From Selaginella moellendorffii (lineage: Eukaryota; Plantae; Lycopodiophyta), in NCBI RefSeq assembly GCF_000143415.4, contig NW_003314383.1:319340-383339 (forward strand): 64,000 nt of DNA, given 5' to 3'. Both the position numbers and the translations under genes were made by a program. Positions 28,474 through 43,091 of the stretch are shown in pieces. The notes below the pieces were generated by a model. That model made no database searches, was not told the origin of the DNA, and was given only the letters and a program-made list of their open reading frames with translations. Position 1 is the stretch's first letter. Each line of letters opens with the position of its first letter.

Positions 28474-30276
28474 ATGCCTGTGAATTCTAACCGATCCGCG
28501 CACTACGAGCAGCGCGAATCGCACAAAGATTTGCTGCCGGAACTGCGATCCTGCCGAGATCTTACGCAGGCCAAGCGCCTCCATTCTCTCATCGCTCCCC
28601 GCCTCCACAGCGATAAGTTCCTGGCCAATCTGGTGGTACAGATGTATGGCCGGTGCCATAGCGTGGAGGAAGCCAGGGCCGTTTTTGACGGCATCCGCGA
28701 GCCCGATCTCTACACCTGGACACTCATGCTCGTCGCATATGCCCAAAACGGGCATTTGGAAGAAGCAAAACTAATATTCGATAGGATGCCCGTTCGTAAC
28801 TCCGTGTCGTGGAACGCCTTGTTAGTGGCTTATACGCAAGCTGGGTATTTAACTCAATCCTGGAAATTGTTTCAGGAAATGCCCGAAAAAACCGTGATAT
28901 CTTGGACAACTATTCTTCAAGCATATGCCCAGGAAGGGAATCTCGAGGCTACCAAGCACACGTTTGATACCATGCCAAAAAAGAATATCTACAGCTGGAC
29001 GGTGATGATGCAAGCCTACATTGCAGGCGGACGGCTGGATCACGCTCAGAGTATCTTTGTCTCAATGCCTTACCGAAACACAGTGTCCTGCACGGCTATG
29101 GCCGCAGCATATGCCCAGGATGGGAATATTCCTAAAGCTGAAGATATTACGAGCGGCATGCCTATTTTGGACCTGGTTTCACAGAACGCAATGGTGGCGG
29201 CATTTTCTCAAAGAGGGTTTGTGGAGGAGGCCAAGAAAACGTTTGATGGAATGCTGGAGAGAGATATCATCTCTTGGAGTGCATTGCTACAAGCTTTTGT
29301 GGAAAATCAAGACTTGGAAAAATGCAATAGAGTGTTTGATAGAATGCCCGAGCACAATCTAGTGGCTTGTAATTCTATGATATCTGCTTACGCCCAAAGT
29401 GATCGCCATTGCGAGCAAGCCAAATCTTTATTTGATAAGATGCCGGAGCGAGACGTTCTTTCATGGACGTCGATCATGCAAGCTTTTGCGCAGCATGGGC
29501 ATCTTGAAGATGCCAAAGTATTATTTGACCAGATGCCGATGAAAGACGTTATATCATGGACTTTGCTCCTCCATGCATATGCCCGGGAAGGGCAGATGGT
29601 GTGCGCGCAGGGAGTTTTCGAGAGTATGCCGCTGGACGATGCGGTGCCTTGGAACATCCTCGTTGGCGGATATTCTCAGGCTGGGGACGTGGCAGAGGCC
29701 CGCAGCATTTTTAACAAGATTCCTGAAAGAAATATTCTCTCCTGGAATTCCATGGTTGTGGGATATGCCCAGAACGGGCATCTTGACGGGGCAAGGAACC
29801 TCTTCGAGAAGATGTCCAAACGGACGCTTGTGACATGGACGGCTTTGATCGCTGGATATGCTCACTTTGGTCATGGACGTGATGCCATCCAAATCTTCCA
29901 TGAAATGGAGGTGGAGGGTATTGATCCAGACGACCTCTGTTTTTTGAAGGTGATATCAGCTTGCACCCACATTGGTTTGCTAGAGAAAGCGCTAAATTAT
30001 CTCTTATCTATGAGCTCCGATCATTGTCTAGAACCCAGCCAAGAACACTATGTCTGCGTTGCAGATGGCTTTGGGCGGATTGGAAACTTGAAGAGGGCGG
30101 AAGAGGTGATTTATGGCATGCCATACAAACCAAACGCCGAGGCTCTTGGAGCTCTGCTTGGTGCTTGTAGAATCCATCCACAGAACTCCCCCACGATTGG
30201 AAAAAGAGCAGCGAATCAAGTTCTCAGAGATAACAATCCCAAGGACGTCCATCGTTTGCTCCATATCTTCACGTAA
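28474..30276 (+). CDS. PLS-class pentatricopeptide repeat protein (E-type, no DYW), single exon
   Basis: 600 aa of tandem A..FD.MP.R...SW.......Y repeats, ending ISACTHIGL...HYVCVADGFGRIG...LLGACRIH. Confidence 0.93.
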   Translation: MPVNSNRSAHYEQRESHKDLLPELRSCRDLTQAKRLHSLIAPRLHSDKFLANLVVQMYGRCHSVEEARAVFDGIREPDLYTWTLMLVAYAQNGHLEEAKLIFDRMPVRNSVSWNALLVAYTQAGYLTQSWKLFQEMPEKTVISWTTILQAYAQEGNLEATKHTFDTMPKKNIYSWTVMMQAYIAGGRLDHAQSIFVSMPYRNTVSCTAMAAAYAQDGNIPKAEDITSGMPILDLVSQNAMVAAFSQRGFVEEAKKTFDGMLERDIISWSALLQAFVENQDLEKCNRVFDRMPEHNLVACNSMISAYAQSDRHCEQAKSLFDKMPERDVLSWTSIMQAFAQHGHLEDAKVLFDQMPMKDVISWTLLLHAYAREGQMVCAQGVFESMPLDDAVPWNILVGGYSQAGDVAEARSIFNKIPERNILSWNSMVVGYAQNGHLDGARNLFEKMSKRTLVTWTALIAGYAHFGHGRDAIQIFHEMEVEGIDPDDLCFLKVISACTHIGLLEKALNYLLSMSSDHCLEPSQEHYVCVADGFGRIGNLKRAEEVIYGMPYKPNAEALGALLGACRIHPQNSPTIGKRAANQVLRDNNPKDVHRLLHIFT

Positions 30277-30299
30277 AGGCATATCGCTAGCAAAACTTG

Positions 30300-33241
<2,942 letters not shown>

Positions 33242-33652
33242 CACGCCTCTAAACCCTAAACCTAAATTTCGAAAGCCATGGCGGGAAAGTGATTTATTTC
33301 TAACTGTGCAATACATCATACTTCTCACTGCGCATTGCGAGCACAGAGAAACCTGGCAGTATTGCTTAAACTTGATCTTGGGAAGTGAGATTTCTCCACA
33401 GATTCCAGAGCTCAGGATCTGCGAGACATCCACAAAATCTCCAGCTCCAGATCCGTCGATGGATGCGAGAGCTCTTCCCGAAACTTGCGAGACAACGAGA
33501 CCATCCTGTGGCAAAGAATCATCAGGAGCAAAGAAAGAGTTCCTAGGAAGCTAGATTTGTTCCTCGCAGATCCAAGGCTTTCGCTCAGCTCCCAATCGAT
33601 CTAGAAAAACAAAATTGAAAAGCACAAAGGGGGGATTAGAGAGAGGAGCGAT

Positions 33653-34188
33653 TCAAGTGGCGATTTCTTGCGCTTCCTTGCTAGATTTGATCTCGCCGGC
33701 TTCGTTCTCGCCCTTTTCTTCGCCCTTGGTGACCGAATCAAGCACCGCCTGCTCAGCGCGCAGCACGACCCCGTAGTAATCCTGGTTGCTCTCCATGCAC
33801 GCCTTCAAGAATCGCATCGCCGGCCTACACTTCTCGAGTGGCGACTCCGCTCCCTCGGATTTCTCCGATTTCTTCTTCTTCTCCTCCTCCTCCTCGGCCC
33901 TGTCGGTGCAATCTTCCCAGTTCACAAACACGCCGCCGCAAGGCCCCTTTTTCATGAAAGCGCAGAATCCACACTCACCATCGGCCGCATCCTCCTCCTC
34001 AGCCGCTTGCTGCTGGACGGGATCATCCTCATCCGCCAGCGCCACCGTAAAGAACCCTAAAACCTAAAACCTCAGGAACCCTAAAACGTTTATAAGGGGG
34101 AGTTTTGTTAATTATATTATATTAGTCCTAAGTTAACACCAACATACTCGCCTGCGTCGGCGAATCTGGCCTCCCTCAGCCTGGACAT
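33653..34188 (-). CDS. GCK-domain (twin CX9C-like) protein; probable 2 exons (34188-34152, 34056-33653)
   Basis: ECGFCAFMKKGPCGGVFVNWEDC...KC...LKACMESNQDYY matches the plant GCK domain. The first exon is inferred via a GC-AG intron. Confidence 0.75.
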
Positions 34189-34433
34189 GTCTGCTAAGCA
34201 CCAAACAGTGATCCCATTTTTTTCCTCTTTCTCTTCAGTTCTCACAACACCATTCATGCTTGGAGAGCTGACTTTCGTTTTCTCCTCGTGGACTTTTCGG
34301 ATCAACCGAAAGAGTATTTGAGGGCGCTACAAAATTCGTCACACTCCAAGTATTCTTCTGCCTCTTTTTGATCCGTCTCCAATCGGGAATCACTTTCGAG
34401 CTCGGATCTTTCGTGATATAGTTCATAGCGATC

Positions 34434-34658
34434 ATGGTCAAGTTAGTGATTGTTCTCCTGCTGCTAGTGGCCTCCATTGGCGTTGTAGTGTTCACAAACA
34501 GGCAGAGTTTCGAGAGGCAGCGGCATTACAACCGCGATTCGTTTCCATCCCTGCTGCTTGGCAAGCTTCCCAGGAAAGTTTCGACCCCTCCACCGGGACC
34601 ATCTCTCAGGCACAATGAAAACTTGGTGAGATCGAGCCACAGCATCACAGATCCATGA
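34434..34658 (+). CDS. IDA/IDL-like secreted peptide precursor (74 aa)
   Basis: Signal peptide plus LGKLPRKVSTPPPGPSLRHN, matching the IDA EPIP motif FGYLPKGVPIPPSAPSKRHN. Confidence 0.8.
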   Translation: MVKLVIVLLLLVASIGVVVFTNRQSFERQRHYNRDSFPSLLLGKLPRKVSTPPPGPSLRHNENLVRSSHSITDP

Positions 34659-34911
34659 ACTTTGAAACACACAGGATTATAGATGTTCTTGCTTAAACTT
34701 TGTGAATATACACACAGAATAATTCTATCACTATCACGTTTGCTTCGTGATCCTTGACTAGTGACAAGTTTTTCTTGGTCCGGCAGCAACTAGTCAAATT
34801 TTACGCCTGCTTTCATGACTCGGCATGGAGGGGACCAAGAGCATCGTCACAGCATCCACGAGGTCAAAAATGCGATCCACCTATGAATCATTAAACTTTC
34901 GAAACGAGAAA

Positions 34912-34969
34912 GGGCGTATTCCGAGAATTGAACGTGGGACCTCTCGCACCCGAAGTGAGAATCATACCA
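34912..34969 (-). pseudogene. tRNA-Pro(CGG) pseudogene, 5'-truncated
   Basis: Degenerate copy of 35226-35297. Confidence 0.75.
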
Positions 34970-35010
34970 TTAACAAGGTAACAAGCGTAATTACGATTAG
35001 CTGCTGTTTG

Positions 35011-35082
35011 CACGAATTCTGAGAATTGAACTTGATACCTCTCGCACCCGAAGCGAGAATCGTACCAGTAGACAAAATGCCC
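35011..35082 (-). pseudogene. tRNA-Pro(CGG) pseudogene
   Basis: Full-length degenerate copy; 3' acceptor strand and T-arm are mutated. Confidence 0.75.
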
Positions 35083-35154
35083 ATTAACAAGAAAGTGTGA
35101 AGCCTTTGCAGCAGATTCTGCGATGATGATGGCTATGGAAGTGAAACTCACTTA

Positions 35155-35180
35155 GGGGCAATCTAGACCTCTCGCACCCA
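35155..35180 (-). pseudogene. tRNA-Pro fragment
   Basis: ggggca...gacctctcgcaccc followed by the shared flank attaaca. Confidence 0.5.
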
Positions 35181-35225
35181 GACATTAACAGGCTACACTT
35201 TTTCCCTGGTTTTAAGTCTTAAAAA

Positions 35226-35297
35226 GGGGCATTCCGAGAATCGAACTCAGGACCTCTCACACCCGAAGCGAGAATCATACCACTAGACCAAATGCCC
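35226..35297 (-). tRNA. tRNA-Pro(CGG)
   Basis: GGGCATTTGGTCTAGTGGTATGATTCTCGCTT-CGG-GTGTGAGAGGTCCTGAGTTCGATTCTCGGAATGCCCC. Stems pair, and a T5 Pol III terminator follows. Confidence 0.92.
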
Positions 35298-35849
35298 GTT
35301 AACAACAAAGCATGATTAGTATGAAACTTTTTGCGATGAAACGAATAGAACAGACGAAGAAAATTCTCGTAGAGGCTGTTATTTTCCCGTGGAAGCAACG
35401 AGATACCTAGAGAATAATCACACCCAAAAAGCATCCTTCTATTTCTGGATTTTATCGATTGGTGTTGACAAAAGCCTTCTAATTCAATCTTTTCTCTATA
35501 ACCTTTCCATGCACACAATTCGTGAATATATACGTCTAGACATACGCTCGCAATACGTAGCACACCAACAAAAGTCATGAACTACCTATTCGCGCCGGAT
35601 ATTCTCGCGTTCCCAAAGCAGGAATCACCGAGTTCTTTCTCTCTTTTTTTCTTTTGAAAGGTGAGGTCGGTTCTGATTGGGAGAGATAGCAAACCCCACC
35701 AAACTAAAACCACGAAAACCTTCCCTCCAAACGCACCAGTTTTTAAAATCCCGGCAGTGGAAATCCTCCGCAGAAGCTGCCCGCCGCATTGTTTAGTTCA
35801 CAGCTCGTGTGGAAAAGGGAAAAGAAACGCAAAGAAAAATCATTTCTAG

Positions 35850-36176
35850 ATGACTGCTAGTCGATTATTTTATGGGAAGTTGCTTCTTTCAGCAGTACTC
35901 GTCCTTGCGGGCTTCGTTCTTAGCCAGTCTGGATCATCGCCGACGAGCAGGAAGATCCTGGCCTCCTCTGATGAATCTCAGGCGCGGAATTCTCCGGCTG
36001 GGGATCAATCGGAGCTCCAATCGTGGAGCAGGAGTGCGGGAGCAACCACGGACAACAATTCGATCGAGAAGCCACCGAGATCATTCTCCACAATGCTTCC
36101 CAGGGGAGTTTTCTATCCTCCAGCAGGGCCAAATCCCTGGGGAAACTCGGATTTGTTCCGGGAGAAGCAGCATTGA
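35850..36176 (+). CDS. Second IDA/PIP-like secreted peptide precursor (108 aa)
   Basis: Signal peptide, an SRKILA basic processing-like motif, and C-terminal FSTMLPRGVFYPPAGPNPWGN. Confidence 0.65.
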   Translation: MTASRLFYGKLLLSAVLVLAGFVLSQSGSSPTSRKILASSDESQARNSPAGDQSELQSWSRSAGATTDNNSIEKPPRSFSTMLPRGVFYPPAGPNPWGNSDLFREKQH

Positions 36177-36237
36177 GGGATGGGGACGCCATGCATTTGC
36201 TCCAAGAGGAAGAAGATGAAAAAAAAAAAATGAAAGC

Positions 36238-36311
36238 TGGCCCATGCAGGTCTCGAACCTACGACCTTGGCGTTATTAGCACCACGCTCTGACCAGCTGA
36301 GCTAATAGGCC
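36238..36311 (-). tRNA. tRNA-Ile(AAT)
   Basis: GGCCTATTAGCTCAGCTGGTCAGAGCGTGGTGCT-AAT-AACGCCAAGGTCGTAGGTTCGAGACCTGCATGGGCCA. Downstream poly-T. Confidence 0.95.
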
Positions 36312-36378
36312 TCAACATTGCGATTGTAAACAACCAAACTAAATTAAGCAAAAGATTTCGACAAAATAAATACCAGTT

Positions 36379-36452
36379 TGGCCTATGCAGGTTTCGAACC
36401 TGCGACCTTGGCGTTAGTAGCACCACGCGCTGACCAGCTAAGCTAATAGGCC
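36379..36452 (-). tRNA. tRNA-Ile-derived copy with anticodon ACT (possible pseudogene)
   Basis: GGCCTATTAGCTTAGCTGGTCAGCGCGTGGTGCT-ACT-AACGCCAAGGTCGCAGGTTCGAAACCTGCATAGGCCA. D-stem mismatch. Confidence 0.8.
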
Positions 36453-36892
36453 TCAATGTTGTAATTAAATATATTAATTAATTAAATATTTAAAGATTAA
36501 ATAAGCGTGATTAAATTACTAACTTGAAATTAAATAGTTAAAGCCTGGTTAAATAAAATAAAAAAACCTGGGGGATTTCTATTGGCGGTTTGTTAGCACT
36601 AATGTAACCCTAGAGCGCGCGAAGCAATGGCAACGTCGCAGGAGGACACGCATGGCGCGCCGCGTGATGTAGCCGATCGTCTTCGCCACTGGTATTCTAG
36701 CTCCTCCCCAGAAATGCTGTTGCCGGAGCGATCCAAGCCTTCCCAGAGGAGAAAGAAGCGATGTGTATGCTAGCACAGCTTCTCGCCGCGGCGATCCTCC
36801 AGAAAAGGCTAGGCGCTAGCTCCCGCCCCCTCCCCATCGCATTCTCCATCGCATTCTGTTGATGTTGTTGGTGGAAATATTTTCTCCTCAGG

Positions 36893-39800
36893 ATGGGGCA
36901 GCGCCTGGGAAAGCCGGAATCGTCCAGGAGGCCGCCTCCCAAGCCCAAGAAGGTGATGCACAGGGACAATCGGACCTTCCGGGCCGAGGATTTCTCCGGC
37001 ATTGTCCGAATCCATTTGGCAGAGGTGAGTGTATCGATTGCTCTTCTCAGTGTTTCTTCTTTCACTTTTCCCCTTTTTGGTGCTTTTAGGCGGAAATGCA
37101 ACGAAGAGCAAAGTGGTTTGCCTGTGTTTCTATCGGAGAGCAGGCGTTTAGGACATCAACGTCTCCCAGGTTACGGTTTGCTCCTCCTTCGCATTTTCCA
37201 AGTTTCTTTTCCTGATGCTGTGATGTGTGACAAAAATTGTTATGCAGCACAGACAATCCCCAATGGAAATCTGTAAGTGCTTTTTGGTTGTGGACTGCTG
37301 CTTTGTACTATTTTCGCTTTGTTCCAGGAAAAGAAAGTAGCACTAGAGCAAAATGGTCCTCGCATCACCCGGATCTCGGTTTTTGAGGTGATTTCGTTTT
37401 GTTTAGAGCTAGAACTTACGGTGTTAACAGGTGCATAAGCTCGCGAAAAACACCCTCGTTGGTTACTGCGAAATCGATCTGTCCCTTGTGCTTCGCCCAG
37501 TAAGTCTTGTTTTTTTTCCGTTTCGTGCTTTGCTGAACTGCGGCTCAGGATGAAGAAAATTCTGAGATGCTTTATCTGTTTGATCCAAGTACAAAGACGA
37601 AAACTGTCGGTCACATCACTGTGGAGTACAGGATTGAGGTATAAGCTGCTGTTTCGGACAACTGCCTGCCTAAGCTGTTTTTTCTCGTAGAGTCAAATGG
37701 AAACAGAGCGAAGCTTTGCGAGGCGTCTGCTTGCAATAGTGGTACGTTACAAATTTCTTTTAGATGCACACACCTTCAACTTTAGTGCAGGACTTTGATG
37801 AAAATGGCGAGTTATCGCTGGACGAGTTTCATGATTTGATCAAATCCTTTGGGAACAGAATGTCTGACGAGGAGGTAACATTTTTCTGCGTTTTTCTATC
37901 ACCTCTATAAACTATTCATTGTTGATTTGTAGCTTTCCAACTTGTTTTTGCAAGCTGACGAGAATAAGGATGGAAAAGTCAGTGCCGACGAGCTTGCCCA
38001 ATTACTTGCCACGCACAAGGAAAGGTAATTATAACACGGATTGCGTTCCTTTTACTGGTGACAGTTTTACGTTTGACAGAACTATTTGGGTTAAGCAGTG
38101 TCCTGTATGTGGTGATAATCTTGGAGTTGTAGACAACCTGAACGGCATGATTCACATGAGCCTTTGTTTTGACGAAGGCACTGGTTTGGAAATTATGAGA
38201 GGAGGTTTTATAACGGAAAAGCAGGCTTCATATGGGTATATTTGTGGTTCGCGTTTAGTTACAGGCACTGAAAATGTTTTTTTTTTTCATCATTACAGGT
38301 GGATGTTCAAATTCAGCGAGTGGGCAAATCTTTCCACGTACGACGTTGGTCTGAAGAAAGGCTCTAATGTTGCCCACATTCTTGTATGCCTGCTCTTTCT
38401 TGGTTCTAATTTCTAGGGACTCAAGAGAATTATGCCAGGTATTCGATCGAAGGTCTAAGAGAATGATCGAAGAGGTTATTGACAAAAAAATAGCCTTGGC
38501 GATGCGTGCAATTTATCAGTCGAAACTCGGATTAGCTCTTCTCGATGCTGGTAAAGCTACAGTAATTTTTTCTCTTTGTCTTACATTATTTTTAATTTGC
38601 ATTGTGCTTTGTGTGCCAGGAACAAAAAGTTTTCTAATACGGCTGTCAGAAAAGCACGGAAGGAAAATGGATTCTCCTCAATCAGCGGCTGCTATTCCCA
38701 AGTTCATTGAATTTTTTCATGTAAGCGGACACATTGCTTGTGTTTCTTGCAGTTGTTAATGTGAGCTGACCAAACAGGACAGGATTGATGTTGACGAGTT
38801 CAAGCATCCCGTTGAACACTACAAGGTTTGGTTGTCACCTAAGCGAACTTGAGCCACACAAGCATTTATTTACAGACTTTCAACGAGTTTTTCATCAGAG
38901 AACTTCGGCCCGGATCACGACCCATTGCACAAGAAAACAATGACGCTGTTGCAGTGTGTGGTGCTGATTGCCGTTTGATGGTGTTCGAGAACGCTGATGC
39001 AGCCACGCGTTTTTGGATCAAGGTTTAAGAGAAACGAAGGAGTTGCTACGACTGATACGTTTCTATTTACTAGGGGAGGCGATTTTCTGTACCTGGCCTT
39101 CTTGGGGACAAAGCATTGGCAAAGCAGTTCGAGGGCGGTCCTATCGCCATTTTTCGTTTGGCACCTCAGGTTCATCATATTTGTTACTTGCTGTAACAGT
39201 TAGCTTTTCCTCTACAGGATTATCATCGGTTTCACGTGCCAATTAGTGGAGTATTGGGGCCGCTAATTGATATACCGGGCCATCTATTAACGGTATGGCC
39301 TTTGTGAGGTGATGCATAAATTATTTCCTATCTTATACTTTTGCAGGTGAATCCTATTGCCGTGAATAGTCCGTATTGTAATGTTTTCACGGACAACAAG
39401 CGCGCTGTTTGCATCATTTCTAGTGAAGATTTTGGACAGGTATGCGATCTTCCCTTTGGTAAACCCTCTATTTAGAATTAAATGTAGGTGGCATTCGTGG
39501 CAATCGGAGCAACAATGGTGGGCAGCATTACGTTCACTAAAAAAGAAGGATCCGTCGTCAAGAAGGGCGACGAGGTATGAAAAAATAAAACAAGAAGTCG
39601 ACGAGTTTCCTCACTGGTCCTGGCACAGCTCGGATACTTTTCTTTCGGGGGAAGTACGTGCATTTGCGTCTTCCGCGCGGTACGTGTCATGACTGGCAAG
39701 CCTTCCCATCCTCTTGAGGAGCTGACGAGCTGTGTGCTTTCCATGCAGGGAGCGATTGACATTGACAAGGATCTCCTCGCCAACAGCGAGAGGTCGCTGG

Positions 39801-40060
39801 AGACCCTGGTCTCGGTGGGGATGACTTTGGGAGTCTCTCGCAAGCTAGTGGGCGACCAGGCGTTTGAAAAGTCCCGGCCGACGATCAGAGACAGCGTCGT
39901 GGCACTGGACAACGAAGTCTCAAAGAAGGGAATTCAGGCGTCCATGAGCTTCAACGTACGCCAGGGGCAACTGGGACTCATCAACGAGGCAGACGAGGCA
40001 GAGGCGACGCTGGAGGAGGACGCAGACGAGGACGAAGAGAATAACGACGCCACCACCTAA
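36893..40060 (+). CDS. PSD2: Phosphatidylserine decarboxylase proenzyme, type II (C2 + EF-hand), ~20 exons
   Basis: MGQ N-terminus, EF-hands (DFDENGELSLDEF; ADENKDGKVSADEL), TFNEFFIRELRPGSRPI, FRLAPQ|DYHRFH, VAFVAIGATMVGSI, and the autocleavage site LGYFSFGGST. Confidence 0.93.
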
Positions 40061-40804
40061 AAAGTAAGCCTGCAAGAGAATGAAATCGCAGTAGCTGCGA
40101 TTTCCACGTCTTCTATGGGAGAGAAAAGATACTCTGCTGTTTACTTGGTTCTAAAGTTTTTATCACGCAGGTCTTGCTCGAGAATCTCTCCGTAGTAATT
40201 CACAGCAAGTGTGCTTGGATCGAAATGTTACATAATTTGTGGCTCCTTGCGTCTCTCACGGCCTCGCTTTTGAGTGTGGTGTGCGGTCTTTGTTCGACAA
40301 CGAAGGAACATCGAGATGATTTTTGGAGCGTAACTTTGTGACTGGAGAAAAGCGCCAAATGTGGATGAAATCTTTTATTCATTCTGTGGCTTAAAAAGAG
40401 CTCGCTTGGTCCACAGGAAGAAATGACACGATCATGACGCAAAAATTAAACGCAATTTTTGGTGGAAACAACAAGCTTTTAGATTCTCTTGAAAGAAGAC
40501 GATCGCCCAAAAGACGATGACTCCCAGCCAATGTTTGTGACAAGTTCAAGCTCCTCGATCTGCTCAAAACAAACAAGAACAAGAACATAGTACGGAAAGG
40601 GGTTTTCTTTAAACTTCACTGCTGCTTTTCCACCATGTGGACGACAACATTTTTATTCTGGTCAAACATGAGAATCCTGTTCGCAGAAATCCTATAAAAA
40701 TATATTGTATAACACATAGCGAAACGTATAGCACTACATTACGATGTAGCCATCCTTTTCTTCTCTCGCATTGTTTTCTTCTTTTTATCATTTTTATCCG
40801 GCAT

Positions 40805-42897
40805 TCAAGCCCCATTGGGAGCAGTAGCAGCACTGGGCCAAGGAGATGACCCGTGACCATTTGCAGCGGCAGCTCCTTTGAAGGGCTCGGCTTGAGACGA
40901 TCGTCTGGACTTGTTTCGTAAGTAGACGACCCAGGTGACCACCTCCAAGATTACGCTCAGCGCAGCCAGCGATGAGATCACTCCAATGTAGGTGCGCTTC
41001 CACTTCCGATCCGGCTGCAGGAGATCAAAGCCCTCGAAGATGTTGACGATGATCATGGCGATGGTGGCGTAGCCCAGCGTGTGGTGGTAGATGTTCCAGA
41101 ATTTCCGCACCTTGTGCTCCTTTTTGGGCCGCAAAAGAAGCGACAGGACCTGTAGACGCACGCAGAGGCGGTTCCATCAGGAAAAGAGGCGAATCATGCA
41201 GCCGTGGAGTGAAACTCAAGCAAAACCGTGCCAAGAGATTGAGAAAGGCAGTACAAAAGTCGAAACGTGGCAATCCAGAGGAGAATTATGAGAGCTTACT
41301 TGCAACGTCGAGAAGACGAAGATGGCGATGCCGAGATTCCGGTGCTTGCAGCGCACTGTAGCGGCGTAAGTCGCGAGCTTGAGTCCCGTGGCCCAGCCGA
41401 CAACGCCCAGAACGTAGCCGGAGCTCTGGAAGAAAGCGTGCATGTAAAACCATGCTGGGTCCGCGCACTGGAAAACTTTCAAGTATCGAGCTGACATGAC
41501 TCCCAGTGGCAGGAGCAATCCCCATCCCACTGCATTGATAATCCCGTGCCTCTGCGAAGACCAGTGAGAACACAAAATTATGACTATCGAAGAAAAAAAA
41601 GGTGGTGGAACAGTTTGTTCCGTCCTAGATGACACTTAAAGAGCGAAGAAAAAGATGGTTTCTCCTTCTCGAAGAACGCTGGTGGTGGCGAATGCACGGA
41701 TTTATAAAAGCTGCCTACTGTTGGAGGAAACAAACAGAGGATGTTCACGGGCCAATATTCGATCGACAAGGAAAAAGAAGGAAAGGAGGAAAAGCTGAAT
41801 CGATTCCCTCGATGGTACGCGAGAGAGTGAGCTTCATGGCAACGGTGGAAGAAGCTCCATCGAGAAAGCGAAAGGACAGAGAGAAAGAAGAGTAAAAGAG
41901 ACTGTAGCACAGGCTTATGCTCTACTGCTGCTGATTGACGGTCACAAGCACTAGATTTAGGCGAGAACATGAAACGAGGGCCCGCATTGATTTCTCACTC
42001 GGTGGCCGAAAGCAAAAGCAGCACGGCCATGGATTCTCTGATTGCGCGATGCCCCACAAAACGAGAAAGGAGGAGCGAAAAAATGAGAAAAGAAAGAGAA
42101 GCCTGTGCTGAGCACTTTCCCGATCGCTGGGACGATCCGACACGGAGTATAATGACTACCCACGAGACCCAATGAAGCGATCCATCGACCCAAGTGCTCG
42201 ATTTCTGGATTGACCACTAAAGATTTGAATGCCGATGCAAACAATCACCAAAAAGAAAACGAAGAAGAAGAAGTATACTTACGTTCTTGAGCTTCTGGTG
42301 GGGGATGACGATCTCCGCGTTGCCGCTGGCAATGTTGATGCTGCCAGCGCTCTTGATGTCGTTCTTGGTGTCGTGCGGCAGCGGGCTCGATCCCTGCATC
42401 GCCGCTCCCCTGTTCCAGATGTGGTTGATCACGCTCCCGGCGCTGCCATTGCGCGGCAGCTGGATCCTCACGAACAGCTTCATCCGGTTGCCGCTAATGT
42501 CCACGGATTTGTCCAGCACCCGGATCCCAATCGGCCCGGGGGATGGGAGCTTGGTCATGAGATCCTGCGTGAGCTTGTAGGTGAGGATCATGGCAGTGCC
42601 ATTGCTGGCCCGGAAGGCGAGGAAGACGTCGGCTCCCATCATCACTGGCGCTGGGCCGGTGTTGATCCCCCAGGCCACCCAGCCCGAGGAGCTCGGGGCA
42701 GTCCCAGTGAAGACGGCATCCAGAGTGTTTGAGGAGGAAGTGTGAGTCCAGGCCAGTGTGGCTCCTTGCTCCGCAAGATTCCTGCAAGCTCTGAAAGATC
42801 TCTGGCTGCTTCCAATCCTGTGGGAGAGAGGGCATTGAGCCGAGGCTGTAGAAGCCAGGATTGCAACCAGGAGGAGGAGGAGAAGCTTGAGCTCCAT
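40805..42897 (-). CDS. Cytochrome b561 and DOMON domain-containing protein (CYBDOM), 3 exons
   Basis: Signal peptide, DOMON (GWVAWGIN...NHIWNRG), and b561 His motifs HGIINAVGWG, WFYMHAFFQ, KHRNLG, WNIYHHTLG. Confidence 0.93.
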
Positions 42898-43091
42898 AGC
42901 TATCCTCTCAAAACCACGAAAGTTCTTTCTCCAAGAGGGGAAAGGAGAAAAAGGGCTTTGCTAGCTTTTGGAGATCATATAGCTCGAAAACTTTAGAATG
43001 TGGCCTCTACTCTCGCTCTCTCCTCCTTAAAGGCTCCTCAAGAACAACCCTTACCAACCAAAACCAAACCCACAGACAAGCACAACAGATT

